A DNA stretch of 64,000 nt from the human T2T-CHM13v2.0 reference genome, Homo sapiens: NCBI RefSeq assembly GCF_009914755.1, contig NC_060936.1; one strand, written 5' to 3'. This document shows, piece by piece, positions 43,521-56,969 of the stretch (its first letter is position 1; each line of letters starts with the position of its first letter). Position numbers and translations under genes: made by a program. The notes beneath the pieces are model-generated. The model had not been told where the DNA came from, searched no databases, and saw only the letters and a program-made list of their open reading frames with translations.

Positions 43521-44624
43521 AGCACAGATTAAATGTGTTGCTATCGCTTTGCTCTTGGTAGAGTCCCTCTGTCTTTTTTGGCTGCTCTTTTAAAGCCTTT
43601 CCAAGCCTTTCCTCTTTTTAAAGCCATCATTCCCTTTAGCATCACTAGAATACACTCTCAAAAGTATTTCTATTTTTCCTTCAAAAATGTTCCACTTTTT
43701 GGAGTGTTGTATTGTCTTCCTGCTTAATTATTAAACTTTGCATCAGTCTAAAATTTCAACTTTAGCTCTACATTTAGATAATTATAAAGGCCTCATATAT
43801 GTATTGATACCTGCATGTATGAACTAGAGCTGTACTTGGTTTTGAGATTTATTTTTGAGATATTTAATTGAGATGGGCTATCTCTGGGTTTCATTTCAGG
43901 CCCAAAATTCAGCCCTACAGTTATGTAGAGGAAGCAATTACTCCCATGCGCCATATGCCATTATTTGAGTCCTTCACGCTTTCCTTCTCAGGCAAGGTAT
44001 AGAACCCCAAACCACTTTCCAGAGCCTTAATTCTTGCCTTTCCTATACAACGTTGAGATGGAAAGTATTTCTTTGTTTGAAGCATTTTTTCTCATGTAAA
44101 TTAAAGATACTTTATATCATTACCTCCCCTTTTCTTTTTGGGACCACATCCTGGTAATCTATTTGTTTACCTGTGTCAACAATACTTCTGAAAGCAAAGT
44201 GTTATTGTAATGCACGCTGTTGATGGTAGGTATAGTACTGCTAACTGAAACAGCCTCTGTAGGCCAGAGTCTGAGCTAAGAGTGTTCTCTGATTTATGTA
44301 GATTGGATGAAATGCTAAAGGAATCCAGGGAATGGGATCAGTGGTTAAGAACATGGCTTTGGCTAATGTGGCCAAAAAATGGCCAAAGGCTAAAAGGAGT
44401 ATTTACAATGAGTTCACTAAGACCTCCATTTTAATGTCAGCCATGAACCAAACTTCTCCCTCCATCCCCATTTATTGTTATGCTTTTCTCATAAGGCCAT
44501 GGATTACTCTCACTTCATATCCCCTATAATTTTCTCCCATATTTTCTTTTACTAGAACATGGTAAAGAGAATAAACAATTATCCCCAGTTCTTTTTAGAA
44601 TGGTGGCAAGAATATCATGGGTGT

Positions 44625-44830
44625 GGTGTAGGAGGACTGGGTTCAAATTCCAGCTCTACCCTTATTTGCAATATGAACCTGGGGGGGTTAGAAAACTTTT
44701 TTGAGCCTCAATTTTGATCTGTAGAATGGGGATGGTAATACTGCCAACCTGAGAAGATTGTTTAAAGGATTTAGTCACATAGTGTATGCAAAGCATTAGC
44801 ACAGGGACTGACATACAAGGAACCCTAAAG
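44625..44830 (+). mobile_element. MIR
   Basis: CTGGGTTCAAATTCCAGCTCTACC..TGAGCCTCAATTTTGATCTGTAGAATGGGGATGGTAATA..AAAGCATTAGCACAG. Confidence 0.7.
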
Positions 44831-45199
44831 CAATGTTGGCTATCACAGTGCCTGTCTGATCTACATAAGGCTCTCTGCTCCTTTGTCTGGCATCGTTTGT
44901 TGCTTTACAAAGACTAAAAACATGTACTCAGAGATTTTCCAAGAAACACATGTTTAGCTTAATAATTCTAATTTGGGTATTCTATCCAAAGAAAATCATT
45001 CCGAACATGTAAAAGCATTATGTACAAGGATGTTCATAGTCCTATTATTTATGATATAAAACATGTATATAACCACAATATTTAACAATAGTGAACTACA
45101 CTTATCTTCTCAACAAAATATTATTAGAACCAATCCGAAGGTAATTATGAAGAATTTGAATAACATGCAAAAAATTTTTTGAGTACTGATTTTATTTCT

Positions 45200-45381
45200 T
45201 GCTCTTTTCTTTCTTTATTTTTTTATCTTTTATTTTAGTTTCGGGGGAACATGTGCAAGTTTGTCATATAGGTAAATTGCAAGTCATAGAGATTTGTTTT
45301 ACAGATTATTTTGTCACGCTGGTAATAAGCATAGTACCCAATAGGTTGTTTTTCAAACTTCAACCTCCTCCCTCCCTCCAC
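45200..45381 (-). mobile_element. Short L1PA13-16-like 3' fragment
   Basis: GGGGGAACATGTGCAAGTTTG..ACAGATTATTTTGTCAC..AGCATAGTACCCAATAGGT. Confidence 0.8.
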
Positions 45382-46199
45382 AATAAGTTAAATATATAAA
45401 CTTCTGTGTATAATATAGAAAAGGCAAAACTTTTGACATAAACATTAGACTAGAGAAGACATAGTCAGTTCTTTTTAAGTTGTTTGGTTTGAGTGATGTT
45501 TTTACTCTTTTCTAGTTTCCTGTTATTCACATATTTCTCCAAAAATCAGCCATATAGGAAGTTAGAAGCTTCACTGATTTATGGACCTTTAGGTTAATGA
45601 TTGGATGTCCTGATGGCAGTAGACTCAACCTCTGAAAAATCCTGTTGGAATTTTTTATTCTTTGTACTCCCATGTGGCCCCTTTAGAGCACTAAAAAACT
45701 TCACTGCTCAATAAGCAGAATTCCATACTACCTTTAAGAGTTGTATTTTCCATGGAAATCATAAACTCTGTGGATTATTTATTTTTTATTCATTTCAGGC
45801 AGTAGTCTGTATTTCAATTCTAGGCTAATTCTGCTAATTAACCCAAAGTGGAATATACACCTTCCTGTACATAAAGTATATATTCTTTTAAAATGAATTC
45901 ATTATTGAAATTATTTATCCGTGACCTTCCCTATGTTTTCTAATGCTGCTTCTGACATTTAAACAATAAAAAACGTGTGGATAAGCTTTTGTAATAATTT
46001 TTTCTGATATCTTCATAAGAAACTTTCTAAAACAAACATCATGCATAGTCTGTCTTTAAAACTTACCTTCTCTGTTTTTATGTCATTCATTTCACTCACT
46101 AGGTTTATATTTTTCTCATGTAAGCATAGTCCGTGTAGTGAGAGAAGATCAACTGGGAAATCATATTTCACATCCTTCTCATCTTGAAAGACCACGTGG

Positions 46200-46321
46200 C
46201 ACATTTGAGTTTGCTCTCCGTAGCAGCCAGAGTCACCCTTTTAAAGCGTAAATCAGATCGTGTCATTTCCCAGCTCAAAAACTTGCGGTGGCTTTCCATC
46301 ACATATAGAAAAACAATCTGA
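46200..46321 (+). mobile_element. L2 fragment, left part (split by the CHCHD3 retrocopy)
   Basis: GCCAGAGTCACCCTTTTAAAGCGTAAATCAGATCGTGTCA..GCTCAAAA matches the L2 3' region. Confidence 0.7.
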
Positions 46322-47728
46322 GCTCCCACTGTGCAGCAAACAGTTCGGGTGCCTGCGTGTGTGTGTGTGTGCACCTGGGTCTGCGCTAGGTCTCTGCAGG
46401 GGCAGAAGCAGGAACCACAGGTGGATTGCCTGCCCCCACAGAGTCACCTTCTAAGCACATGAGAATGAGAACATCACCATGGTGCAGGGCATCCGACTTT
46501 CAGAAAATATAATTGATGGGAGAAAGCAACTCCCATCATCTGATTTAATGTCACAGCAGTATTCTGCTGTTTATGGTGCATCAGTTTTTTCATGAAGATT
46601 TAAAAAGAAGAGTACCTGAGGAACTGGCATTGGAGCATGCCCAAAAGAAGATTCTGAAAATCAGAAATGATTAAAGCAAGGTAAAGAACTGGACCAACCA
46701 AGAGAGGGCCACTGCCAATGAGCTTTGCTTCAGAGAGGCTATCAAATGAGGAGGAAGGCTGTAAGGCAAAACACCTGGCTGAGCACCTGGAAGAGAAAGA
46801 CTTAGTGGCAAAGCAGCAGGATGCATTTTAAAAGGAGCAGCTGGCTAGACTGGAGGAGAGGAGCTGAATTCCACAAAGTCACCACTGAGCAATATCAGAA
46901 AGCTGCCAAAGAGAGGGCAGCAAAGTTCAGTGACATGAGTTTTGTCCTGTCTGTGCTGATCTGCAGGCCAAAATTCTTCAGTGTTATCACCAGAGCACAC
47001 ACCAGACCCTCAGTGGCTTTGCACTAGCCAGCGTGTAAGTGTGCTGTGTTCATTATGCCAAACAGAACATGCTTGAGAAGAGATCATAATATCAACTTCT
47101 GGAACAAGCAAATCTCCTTCAACATTAATTCCAGAGGTAGAACTTTTTTTATTTTTTCCTAGCAAGAAAATAACCCATTTAAAGAGAATACCATTAAAGA
47201 GAAGCACCAGAGGGTGAATTCTGAACAAATTATATCACATTTTGATCAGTAATGATTTGAAAAGACAGCCCTCTTGACCTTTTTGCACTTTCAACTTCTA
47301 CTGGCCATAAAAACTTTCTCTTCTAACCAAGCTCCTTCATTTCATGAACCTTCACTCTAACAAAGCTAGGGGTGAGGGTGAGGGTAAGTTATTAATAATT
47401 GGAGTGTAAAGAAGAGAGGGAAAAATCTAGATCTTGGGAAAAGAGTGCTGTGTGAAATTGTCTAGGTTGTGGCATATTGGTTTTCTCCTTTGACTGTGTA
47501 AGAGTTCTTTCACTTTAACTTCTTATGATGGTCATGCCAGTAAGAGATAAAAAGGAGAGAAAATTTACCTCTTAATAGAATGATGTTTATGATTACAGGT
47601 GAAATAAGGCATTTTAAAAATCAGTATAAAGGCAACCTTAAGCTTATACAATATCTTCTCTATCGTGAATACTGACATCTTTTCTTCACTCACTATTAAT
47701 AACAAATGCATTTTCTGATAGACAAAAG
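46322..47728 (+). pseudogene. Full-length processed pseudogene of CHCHD3 (MIC19, MICOS subunit); possibly the annotated CHCHD3P2 (name from memory)
   Basis: Intronless decayed CDS ~46417-47089 gives RVTF*AHENENITMVQGIRLSEN, LKRRVPEELALE, KAKHLAEHLEEKD, EQLARLEER, VTTEQYQKAA, VCADLQAKILQCY, AKQNMLEK. Start is ACA instead of ATG; stops at 46452, 46668, 46829; frameshifts. 5' UTR-like leader, ~640-nt 3' UTR, A-rich tail, TSD AGAAAAACAATC(T/C)GA at 46307-46321 and 47729-47743. Confidence 0.93.
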
Positions 47729-47740
47729 AGAAAAACAATC

Positions 47741-48110
47741 CGAAGCCCTTATTATTTCAGGCTTTTCATGCTCTGGTTACCACTGACCTCCACAACTTTA
47801 TACCCTAACCTTTTTCCTCAGCTAACTCCACTGCAGCTACAAAGGCCCTCTGTTATTCCTTCAACATCCCAGTCTGTTCCTATCTCAAAACCTTTGAATT
47901 TGCTGTTTCCTCAGTCAGTATTCTCCTCCCACCAAACTTGTTGCTTCCTCAGTCAGAATTCTTCTCCCTCTAGAATCTGTCAACCTGTTCTCTTACTTCA
48001 TGCAGGTGACACCTTCCCTAACCACCCTGTTTAAACCACTCCCTTCTAATTCTTCTTTCCCTAACCCTGCTTGCTTTCCCTTCATAGCATCTGGGATCAC
48101 ATTATGTATG
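47741..48110 (+). mobile_element. L2 fragment, right part (continuation after the retrocopy)
   Basis: TTCATGCTCTGG..CCTTTGAATTTGCTGTTTCCTC..CCTTCCCTAACCACCCTGTTTAAA, colinear with the left part. Confidence 0.65.
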
Positions 48111-49284
48111 TATATGTGTATTAAGTCTAATGTGATAAATTCCATGAAAGTCACGTGCAAGCCAGATGTGAATGGAAGGAAGGAAGAAAGCACTTAACCC
48201 TAATTCAGAGAGGTATTTTGAGAGGTTGCCTCATGGGGTAGAACCAGCAGGAGCTTGCTTGTCAGTCCTGGCTTTGAATTCTAGCCCTGCTACTCATTAG
48301 CCATGTGAGCTTGGCAAGCGGCTTATTTTCTGTAAACTTTAGCTTCTTTCTCTCAAAATAATGGGCATAATAGTACTGATATTGATGCTTAGTATAAGTA
48401 TTCTAAAGGATAGTAGACTGAAATAAATTTAGACCGTCTTTTCATAACATCATAACTGGTATACATTAAGTCCTCAATACATGATAGCTTGAAATTATTA
48501 AGTTGATAGTTTTCTAAAAAGTAGTTGACTTGGGCCATAAAACTAAGGTTTTTTTCTCTTTTTGACCAAATAACTGACATCTATTAATTCTCGCAATTAA
48601 TGGTCAGACATTGACCCTATTTCTCTACACTATTAAGTACCCAGTGGACTCTATTTTAAGATGATAGTTGATTTCTTATGAAATTATCTTTGGAAATACA
48701 GAAGTTAGCATGTGTAGAGAAGAAATGCTGGATGCAATGATGGTGGTAGTGAGACTATATAAATTGCAAAATAAATGTTTCCTGGATGTCTTATTTTTAA
48801 TTTTTAAATGTTTACTGAAGAAGGAACTCTAGAAATCATGTCGTTTACCCTTGCCAATTTTCTGACTAGGAGAAAGGGATTTCTAAGCCTTCCATCAATC
48901 TATTTAAATGACTAGCATAAATAACACTATTGCTTCTAGGAAAGTAATTTGCTAATCAGAGAAAAATAAAGTAGAGCTGTTTGTATAATGCCTCTACATG
49001 CTCACTGGCTGTAAAGCTATTTTATTTTGGTATAGACTGGCTAATTTAAAGCTGTTGTCTAGATAGCAGTGGCCTTCTTATCTTCTATATGTGTTATCAT
49101 TAATAAAATAGATGAGCAAAAATACAAATGTCACTCTAATAAAATTTTCTCATTCTGCTATTTTTTAACCTTCAAAAAATGCTTAATTTAAAAAAATGGT
49201 TATGTTTAAGTTTTATAGTATCTTTGGCAAGTGCTCCTGTTTTCAAAAGCTATGACATTATTGCCATAATTTAATTTGGTTTAA

Positions 49285-49550
49285 GGAATATTTATTGAGT
49301 GCCTATTTTGTGCTAGGTTCTGCATTAGTCTGTGGGGATAAAAAGATGGGTGGAGCATATTTCATTTTCTGAAGGAGTTAAGGCCAGTGAGTTAGATAAT
49401 GCTATGAGAAAATCATGACTAATGTCTTGATAATTATTACGAATAGAGGTGTTTTCAAAGTGTTAGTTGAACCCAGAAAATAGGTGCCTAAGTCAAGTTT
49501 GGGATCAGGCTTTCTGGAAGAGAAGGAGCAGAAGGAGGAGGGGCTGTCTG
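49285..49550 (-). mobile_element. L2 3' fragment
   Basis: ATATTTATTGAGTGCCTA..GTGCTAGG and ATCAGGCTTTCTGGAAGAG motifs. Confidence 0.55.
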
Positions 49551-49586
49551 AGATCTTTTCTCTGTGCACCTTTTCACATTACTAAT

Positions 49587-49990
49587 TGTGTTAGGCCATT
49601 CTTGTAATGCCATAAAGAAATATGTGAGACTGTGTAATTTATAAGAAAAGAGGTTTAATTGGCTCACAATTTTGCAGGATGTAAAGGAACAATAGTGCTG
49701 GTGTCAGTCTGGGGAGGCCTCAGGAAACTTTTACTCATGGTTGAAAGCGAAGTAGGAGCAGACATATCACCCGGCAAAAGTAGGAGCAAGAGAGAGTGAG
49801 TCAGGGGGAGGTGTCATGCACTTTTAAATGACCAGATCTCATGAGAACTCAGCATCAGGAAGATAGCATCAATCCACAAAGGGGGTTCTGCCCTCATGAT
49901 CCAAACACCTCCCACCAGGCCCCACCTCCAGCATTGGGAATTGCAATTCAACATGAGAATTGGGCAGGGAAAAAAATTCATACTATATCA
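49587..49990 (-). mobile_element. MST (A/B-like) MaLR solo LTR
   Basis: TGTGTTAGGCCATTCTTG...CATACTATATCA; perfect 5-bp TSD CTAAT (49582-49586, 49991-49995). Confidence 0.9.
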
Positions 49991-51469
49991 CTAATTTTAT
50001 GGGGCTACAAATCAGTAACTTCCTTTTACATCTCTTCAGACAATTAAGCAATGGCTGGATTATATATACATATGTATATATATATATATATTTTTTTTTT
50101 TTTTCTCTAGAAACTGATCAAATTAGCTGTTGGTTGACAGAGAGACTTCCCTGTGTTTTTTCCCTTTTATTCTATGGTACATCAAGGACTATTGGGATTT
50201 CCAATCTGTACCGTAAAAGATTTTCCCACAAAGAGCATATAAAGTCTTTTAATAATGAAGAATAACAGATAAAACCTAATAAACTTTTTAATTAAGCATT
50301 TCAGCAAGTGCTTTAAAAATCTGTGCCCTAAGGGACAGTGACAGTATCTTCAGCATATATTATTAAATATGTAGGAGACTATTTTTTGGCTTTAAATGAA
50401 TATTCAGTTAATAAAGAGTAGAGTATGATGCTCCAAAGAATCTGAGAATTGTGTTTTATTTTTATTTCTCTAAAAGTTTCAACCCCAGAAATCAATTGCC
50501 TTTAAAGAAAACTCACAGTTAAATAGGTTATTTTTCTATACACGCTACCCATCTCAGTAAGATTCAAGAGTTAACATTCACAGGAATTCAGAATGGTTTT
50601 TAAAAAGCAATTTGGGATCTTAGGTGGAAACAAAGCCAGTTAAGGTCAGAGCATTTCAACATCAGCTAACATAGTCTGGTTTTAATTTCCTTCTTATAAA
50701 ATACATTATATCTTGTGCACCTAAAGATATATTTTATTTCAAGCTCTTATAAATTGGAGAAGGAGGAGGGAAGGGAGGGAAGGATATATGTGTGCATGCA
50801 GCAAGGGATGGGAGGAGCAGCTGTCTAGCTGCATATGGACAATCTTTTATTTATTTTTGTAACATTCCTCATTTGCCTCTTTCTCATTGTTTTTTCTTTG
50901 ATTCCCAAATCATCTCTTATGCTCATCCTCACTCCAATAGTAGGGAAGAAAGGTATAACCTACAACCTCTTCCTAAAATATTGATAGGACACAATTATAT
51001 ATTAAACACATACAATATGTTGTTCTTTAAATTTGCTATTTTTAATTTTTGTTAGCAATATTTCCCTGTGGTGATGCAAATTTAGGGAAACTGCATTTCA
51101 GCTTCAGAACCCTAAGTGCGCTTCCTACTGGGCTGATTACAGTGAGCTAATGTAGTGTTTCATTCACTGGATTCCACATACTTTCCTATATTGATTGCAT
51201 TATCAGTAGTAGTAATCACAGATATCATTACCAGCCAATTACACAAACACACATCTGAGCTAGGTAACCGATACACCAACATTGTCTCCTACAATTCTTA
51301 ATTTTGTAATGAAACTGATCATCCTCTTGTCCAATTAAGTGTACCTACATATTGTGATGTCGTAGGCTTAAATGCAAGTATATTAAATTATGTGGTTGGT
51401 AATTACATATGTTGGTATCACAGCAGAAGGAGGGCAATTTGAGTATAATCTGTTTCTTACTCTATTCGA

Positions 51470-51862
51470 GGTCTGCATTAAAGAAGCTTAACTGCTGTTA
51501 AAAAATATTGACCCCAAAACACATTTGGATAAGATACAATGGAAATTATTTCTGCTCACATAACATGAGTGTGTGTGAGAATTGACATGGTCATGCAGTC
51601 ATCCAGGGACCCAGGCAGGTTTTCGATATATTCAATACAAGACTGCCAAGGTCACCTGGAAGTTTCACTTAAGGAAAACGAACATAAAATAGCTAATGGG
51701 AGATGTCTAAGGATAACCCAGGCAGAGAGGCACATTCATATTCTATTGGCTAGATCTCAGTCTCATGACCACACCTAAGTACCAGGAGAACTGGGAAGTA
51801 TAGTTCATTCAAAGAAGAAGAGAAGAGCATGGATTTTGGTGAGCAGTTAGCGATTTCTGCCA
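51470..51862 (-). mobile_element. Old MLT1 (I/J/K-like) MaLR LTR
   Basis: CATATTCTATTGGCTAGATCTCAGTCTCATGACCACACCTAA..CTGGGAAGTATAGT motif typical of MLT1I-K; bounds approximate. Confidence 0.6.
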
Positions 51863-53394
51863 AAAGGACTCAAAACAGAACTTGCTCCATTTCTCTGTTT
51901 AATGAATGCTTTTAATTACTTGCCTTGCCATTATTTAGAACTTTTATCAGGTTTGCTTTGCTTTTATTTTTTTCACACAATGCCAGAAGTCTTATAAAAC
52001 CTAGATCCATGTCCTGCCTCCTAGACTTGTACATATTAAGCGACTAAAGAATGGAGAATATAAAATTACAAAGTATTTTTCAAATTTTTAAATAAATTGT
52101 AATAAATTATTACAATTATTTTTCAGTAGATTAAATTGTAGATATATAGGTTAGATTAAAAGCTTTTCTGGACTATAATGGGTGTCTGTCTCTTAGTTCC
52201 ATCCTTTTATTTTATAGACACAGAATGTGAGGGCTGGAGAGATAAATTATTTGCCTAATTGGACGAGTGTGGTAGTAGTCGATCCAGGCTAGTTTCTTTC
52301 CGTAACATTATTTGTCATCGTTTTTATTTGCAGGCAAATTCCCTACAAAGTATGAGTCATTAAATAATGTCTATCCAATTTTAGAGATGAAATAAAACAC
52401 AATAAATTATAATTGACATAAAGCTATCATGTCCAAATTTATGGGAAACGAGATTCAAGCAACTTTCCAAAGTTATTTGAAGTTTTGTAATAAGTTAGCC
52501 ACTTACTTACTAAAAGTTTTTTTAAAAATACATTACTTTTCTTATTTAACAAAATAATAATGTCTTCTAAATAAATCTTCAACATTATACAATTTGTGGC
52601 ATGTATAAAGAGAAGGTGAATATATAATCACCACACTAATTAATATTTAGAATTAAAAGTTCCAGAGAGACAAATTACAAAATCTGAACTACTGAAATCC
52701 ATATTTCTTTTAAGGACATAATCTAAAACATTATTTTAATAAAAAATTGTATTACTTTTTCAGGGAGCAACAAACCTATGAAATCAAAATTTCACTTATT
52801 ATTGGGATGTTGTACTAGCTAAAATACAGTGGCTTATTTAATTATTGTTGCCATAGCCTAAATTTCATGCTATTTCTACAAAAATGTATAAAATGGAATT
52901 TGCACAGGAAAAGTGGCACAAATCTAGATACACTCTAAATCATAAATTTTCAGATTTTTAAATTATGTGAAATCTGAAGTTTGCTCACTATTTATGTGAA
53001 ATATGAACCTGTGGTTGATCTTGTACTATGGTTGAATCAAAATCGTTAGAGTGTCACACATTCTTTTGTTTTAATTAAAAGAAAACTGCAGCACCCTCTT
53101 CAGAATTGGTTTTTATTATGGACATTATAAGCACAGGTATAAACTAATATTCATCTGTAGGGTAATGTTTGCATATGACATTGAATTAAGACTAAATGGA
53201 AAAATTATTTTAACGAAGATGAAAAAGTCTCCGTTTCCTCCCTGTCCACTTTCCACCATGCACAAATACAAAGGTCCATCTAATTTTGTTATGTTACAAA
53301 AGAACAGTGTGAAATATAGATAAGCAGGACAACCAGGCTTTGTAGCTTTCGTGGTTCCCTCTTCCCTATGTTAACAGTCTGCATTCAGTTGATT

Positions 53395-53742
53395 TGTCGT
53401 AGTCTGTTTGGGCTGTTATAACAAAATACCTTACACTGGGTAATTTGGGAACAATAGAAATTTTCGTTCATGTTTCTGGAGGCCGGGGAGTCCAAGATCA
53501 AGTTCCAGCAGATGAGAGCTTGGTCTGCTTCAAAGATTGTGCCTTCTTGCTGCACATGCAGTGAAAAGCAGAGTCAAGAAGATGCACTGGAACCTCTTTA
53601 ATAAGGGCACTAATCCCATTTGTGAAAGTAGAGCCCTCATGACCTAATCACTACCAAAGGCCCTACCTCTGAATAGAGTCACAATGGATATTAGGTTCCA
53701 ACACATAAATTTTAGTGAGATATCAACATTCAAACCATAGCA
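53395..53742 (-). mobile_element. MLT1A-like MaLR LTR
   Basis: TGTCGTAGTCTGTTTGGGCTGTTATAACAAAATACC..TCTGGAGGC..GTCCAAGATCAAG..GCCCTCATGACCTAATCAC..CATTCAAACCATAGCA. Confidence 0.85.
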
Positions 53743-54654
53743 AATATCAATGCTGAAAAATTCCACCAAAATACATAGTGTCACTATATGCCGCAAAGAC
53801 ATCAAGGCTAAGACCATCTTTTAATGTATTGTGGACTGTCATTTATATTGCTTTGATTTTGCAAGAATATTATATACAGTCTATTGGAAAAAAGAGATGT
53901 ATAGTTCTTTTTGGCTCCTTTTCTTGATATGGCCTCTTAAACTATAGACAATATGTGTTAAGATAATTTTTAAAAGGTACAATTTAGTATTTTCTAAGGA
54001 AACTGATATTGGTTCTCAAGGTGACACATTTTATTTTGAAAGGAAAATAATAGAAAAAAAGAGTTATTCTTTTAACATTTTTGTAATTTGGACTTTATTA
54101 AAACCTAACTCAGATTTTTATCGGTGTTATGGAAAGCAACTTTAAAAAAAGGTTTGAAAAACATGCTAATATTGTAATCTAACAAACACTCAGAACTACA
54201 AATTGACACTTTAATTTGTTGATCTTTTAAAGAACAATGTGTATTAAATATCATTACCCTGAGCTAAATGACAAGTAAAGACAATACATGGAGAAACTGA
54301 AATTACATTTCAGTGATCAATTATTTTCAATTGCTTGTTAACCTCTGAAGAGTTTCTGTGAAGGAACATACCTAGGCTCGGTTTTGCTTATGTTCCATAA
54401 TTCCTTACTTTTAAAAAAATATGCGTTCTGATGTTTTTGTATTCGTAAATTTTTAACTGTCCAACTCTGCATATATTAAGGTGGCACTGGCATCCTAAGT
54501 ATGACTATATTTTAAAAGTGAGTAATTTTATTCTTATAACACTGAATATGCTTTCTTTATACTATGATGAATTTTGCTTTTCCGTCTTTTATTTGCGTAA
54601 GTAAAAATCTTCGTTTGTGCATCATCATGTATCTTTTTTTTTTTTTAACTGTAG

Positions 54655-54802
54655 GGCTGGCTATTTGCCTCAGAATATTCCTCTGGAGATTATCAGATAC
54701 CTGTCTGAGGAGAAGGATTTTCTTCCTTGGCATGCTGCCAGCCGAGCTCTTTATCCTCTAGATAAATTACTGGACCGCATGGAAAACTACAACATTTTCA
54801 AT
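54655..54802 (+). CDS. TRHDE: TRHDE coding exon (probably exon 13), 148 nt: AGYLPQNIPLEIIRYLSEEKDFLPWHAASRALYPLDKLLDRMENYNIFN
   Basis: Long T tract then aactgtAG (54653-54654); AG+G = Arg joins the previous exon; donor AAT|GTAAAA (54803); phase 0 matches the next exon. Confidence 0.95.
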
Positions 54803-56068
54803 GTAAAAAGATATAATTTTTCTTTCTAATTTTTAGAAGATACACTATTTTATTCTCTTTCTACTATTATATATGCAACTGATGCCAAGTTATTTTAGTT
54901 TGTTCTTCTAGTTTGTGTTATCCCGATTTTTGTCCTGATTGTCTATGCAACACAGATGACAATTATTTGAAGAAGAAATTTAATACAAAATGCTGACCTA
55001 AAAGTGTCAATTAAGCTTAAATGCTTCAGAATTTAAGAAGAAATATACATGGCAAATTTTTAAAGTTCAAACTTACTTTCCAAGAGTTAGAGGGCTCTGT
55101 GTTCACAAAGGACTTAACCTGGGTAGAAAGATCCCAAAGATCTTAACAGAATATAGGCATTTTCAGTAATGATTCTTAGTCATTATTTTTATCCAAAAGG
55201 GCATACTGAATTCAATTCACTGCCTTAATTAACAAGGATAAGATCAACATTGAGGCAAAAGCCCATTCGTAATTGGGTCCAAGGGGATACAGGAAAGCAA
55301 ACAACAGACAATCCAAAGAGACAAGAAGACATGACAAACATTCCAAAATGTTACCTGACCAGATTTTCTGAACTCAAAACCTAGTAAACCAAAATTACAC
55401 TGCTCATGCCACCTAATCTGATTTAATAATCATTTTCAATAATATTAGGATTAAGTACCGCTCATGAGCCTTTTGATTCTTAAATTTCTTATCACTGTGC
55501 CTTCCATGATGTTTGAACACTATTTGTTTTCCTTTAGTTAGCGTAAGAGCCTGCCCTGTGTTTTATAAAATTATCTTATTTTTTATACTGTACTAATTAA
55601 CATACACATTTGGGATTACTGAAAAGTGGATTCCTGTGACATGAATCTTTTTATTGGAGCCATCTGATTTCTGATGCCCATCAGAATTCCTTCCTTTTTA
55701 TTTTTACTTTAAACCTACAGAAAATAAACTGTTTAATGATTTTTTTTAAAAAATGGGAATAATTACGTTCATTGTTAGTTTTGTCTAAGCCCTTAGAACA
55801 GACATGCAAACAAATGGGTCATTACAGTTATGATACAATTTTTTACTTGCTAGAGAAAGATTACACATTAATTTCTCCCTAACACAAAGACACTGCAATA
55901 TTAAACCTTTGTAAAAGTAAAATATATTTTTGAATATATTTGTACATTAGAATAGCGTATCATGTCAGATTCCTTGTTTTCAGTAAACAGTTAAGAATCA
56001 TTTTTATTGTAATTTCATTGTTTGTATTCCTTGGCAAAATTCAAGAAGCACATTAAAGTGAGGGAGAG

Positions 56069-56301
56069 CCAACCTGGGCAACATGGTGAAACCCATCTCT
56101 ACAAAAAAAAAAAAAAAAAAAAAAAGAAATACAAAAATTAACTGGGTGTAGTGGCTTGTGCCTGTATTCCCAGCTGCTCATGAGGCTGAGGTGGGAGGAT
56201 GGCTTGAATCTGAGAGGCGGAGGATGCAGTGAGCCGTGGTTGTTGCCACTGTACTCCAGCCTGAGCAACAGAGTGGAGACCCTGTCTAAAAAAACAAAAA
56301 A
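56069..56301 (+). mobile_element. 5'-truncated AluJ with central linker expanded to A23
   Basis: CCTGGGCAAC, GGTGGGAGGAT (J-type); perfect TSD AGTGAGGGAGAGC at 56057-56069 and 56303-56315. Confidence 0.88.
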
Positions 56302-56871
56302 TAGTGAGGGAGAGCATGCCTTACCTTGATACTGACACTTAAATGTGTCATTAGCTGAATGAATTGTTGACTTTGAAATATCATTATAATTACACTGAAG
56401 AGTTCTGTGTATCTCAGCTTCATCAATACTAGGCCATTGGTTGGGCCAACATAGTAGTTTTGCATTAAATATGCCTTGTTGATATAAAATGCGTAAATAT
56501 TAGATGTCCATTTTCATATAGTATATCTATATACATTTGTACATATGTACGCATAGGTGTTATCAATATTCTTTGTTTTCCTCATTTTGTTACAAAAGTC
56601 ATCATCTAAAATATTTACTCATGCAAATTACTTAGTGATTTAATAGGAAGAGTAGACTTGTACCATTCCAATAGCATTTTATCCCTCTTTTCTATATATG
56701 AAATACTAAATTAAATAAAATTATAATAGAACATTACTGTACTTATAATTTTATGGATATTTGAAAGTAGGTACATTTTAAGAATATTTTAATTTTATTA
56801 CAGAATTTTAATTGTCAGCATACAGAAGTTTTAAACTGACCTTATCTTTATTTATTCTATACCCCATTTAG

Positions 56872-56969
56872 GAATATATTTTAAAGCAAGTTGCAACAAC
56901 ATATATCAAGCTTGGGTGGCCGAAAAATAATTTTAATGGATCTCTTGTTCAAGCATCCTACCAACATGA
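56872..56969 (+). CDS. TRHDE: TRHDE coding exon (probably exon 14), 98 nt: EYILKQVATTYIKLGWPKNNFNGSLVQASYQH(E)
   Basis: Branch-like CTGAC (56836-56840), acceptor catttAG (56870-56871), weak donor TGA|GTACTG (56970); LGW motif; GA+A = Glu with the next exon. Confidence 0.92.

Noticed and set aside
46260-47027. ORFs 46260-46454 and 46821-47027 as a functional retrogene
   Set aside because: They are mixed-frame pieces of the CHCHD3 pseudogene; the start codon is lost and there are several stops and frameshifts.
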